Source: Moniliella sp. 'wahieum' (taxonomy: Eukaryota). Taken from it: a stretch of DNA of 64,000 nt. Below, one piece after another: positions 63,770 through 64,000 of the stretch. Every line of letters starts with the position of its first letter. The first letter of the stretch is position 1. The notes beneath the pieces were generated by a model, which was not told the DNA's origin, did no database searches, and was given only the letters and a program-made list of their open reading frames with translations. The DNA lies in NCBI GenBank assembly GCA_003971905.1, contig RSEE01000023.1, positions 620,001 through 684,000 of the forward strand. The letters run 5' to 3'. The translations under genes were made by a program, and so were the position numbers.

Positions 63770-64000
63770 AGATCGCTCTCTCACAGTCAATGGCAGAAAT
63801 AGCTAGGGATGATTAGGGGTCGAAACACGAGAAGATACTCCGTCCAGACATCCATCAGCTTCCCTCTCTATAATCGAGCATTAAGGCCACGTTGCCTTGG
63901 TCGTCGCTCACATCCTCGGGCGAAGGTGGCCCTTTTCCCGGAGCTAGACCTGTCCATGATGAGGATGCGGAATATGTTGACACGGTCAACGTTGCGTCTT
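63770..64000 (-). pseudogene. Decayed P-loop GTPase-like gene fragment
   Basis: Minus-strand FRILIMDRSSSGK resembles a G1 motif (FRILIMGRSGSGK) with two G>A changes. An in-frame stop follows. Confidence 0.35.

Overview
GC-rich, intron-poor eukaryotic DNA, most likely from a basidiomycete fungus. This rests on short GTRNGT...CTRAC...YAG introns, a basidiomycete-type chitin deacetylase and a fungal adenylate cyclase. About 21 protein-coding genes are recognisable: mitoribosomal uS9m and bL21m, a KHDC4-like protein, an F-box protein, a GPI-anchored chitin deacetylase, WDR48/Duf1, ATP1, adenylate cyclase, allantoicase, TRM10, an NmrA-like reductase, Mam3/CNNM, a PDR ABC transporter, MMS2, EFM3, TIM22, a DH-PH RhoGEF and four hypotheticals. 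Almost every gene, including essential ones, is broken by single-base indels, many in homopolymer runs. This points to an unpolished long-read assembly, so CDS limits are approximate. Non-genic content includes an 866-bp solo LTR with a perfect 5-bp target-site duplication, an inverted fragment of the same LTR 36 kb away, a tRNA-like relic and a decayed P-loop GTPase. The most unusual signal is a recurring intergenic 7-bp-period grammar: TCA/TGA separated by a variable but palindromic 4-mer. It occurs upstream of many genes and at the edges of the repeat-relic islands.
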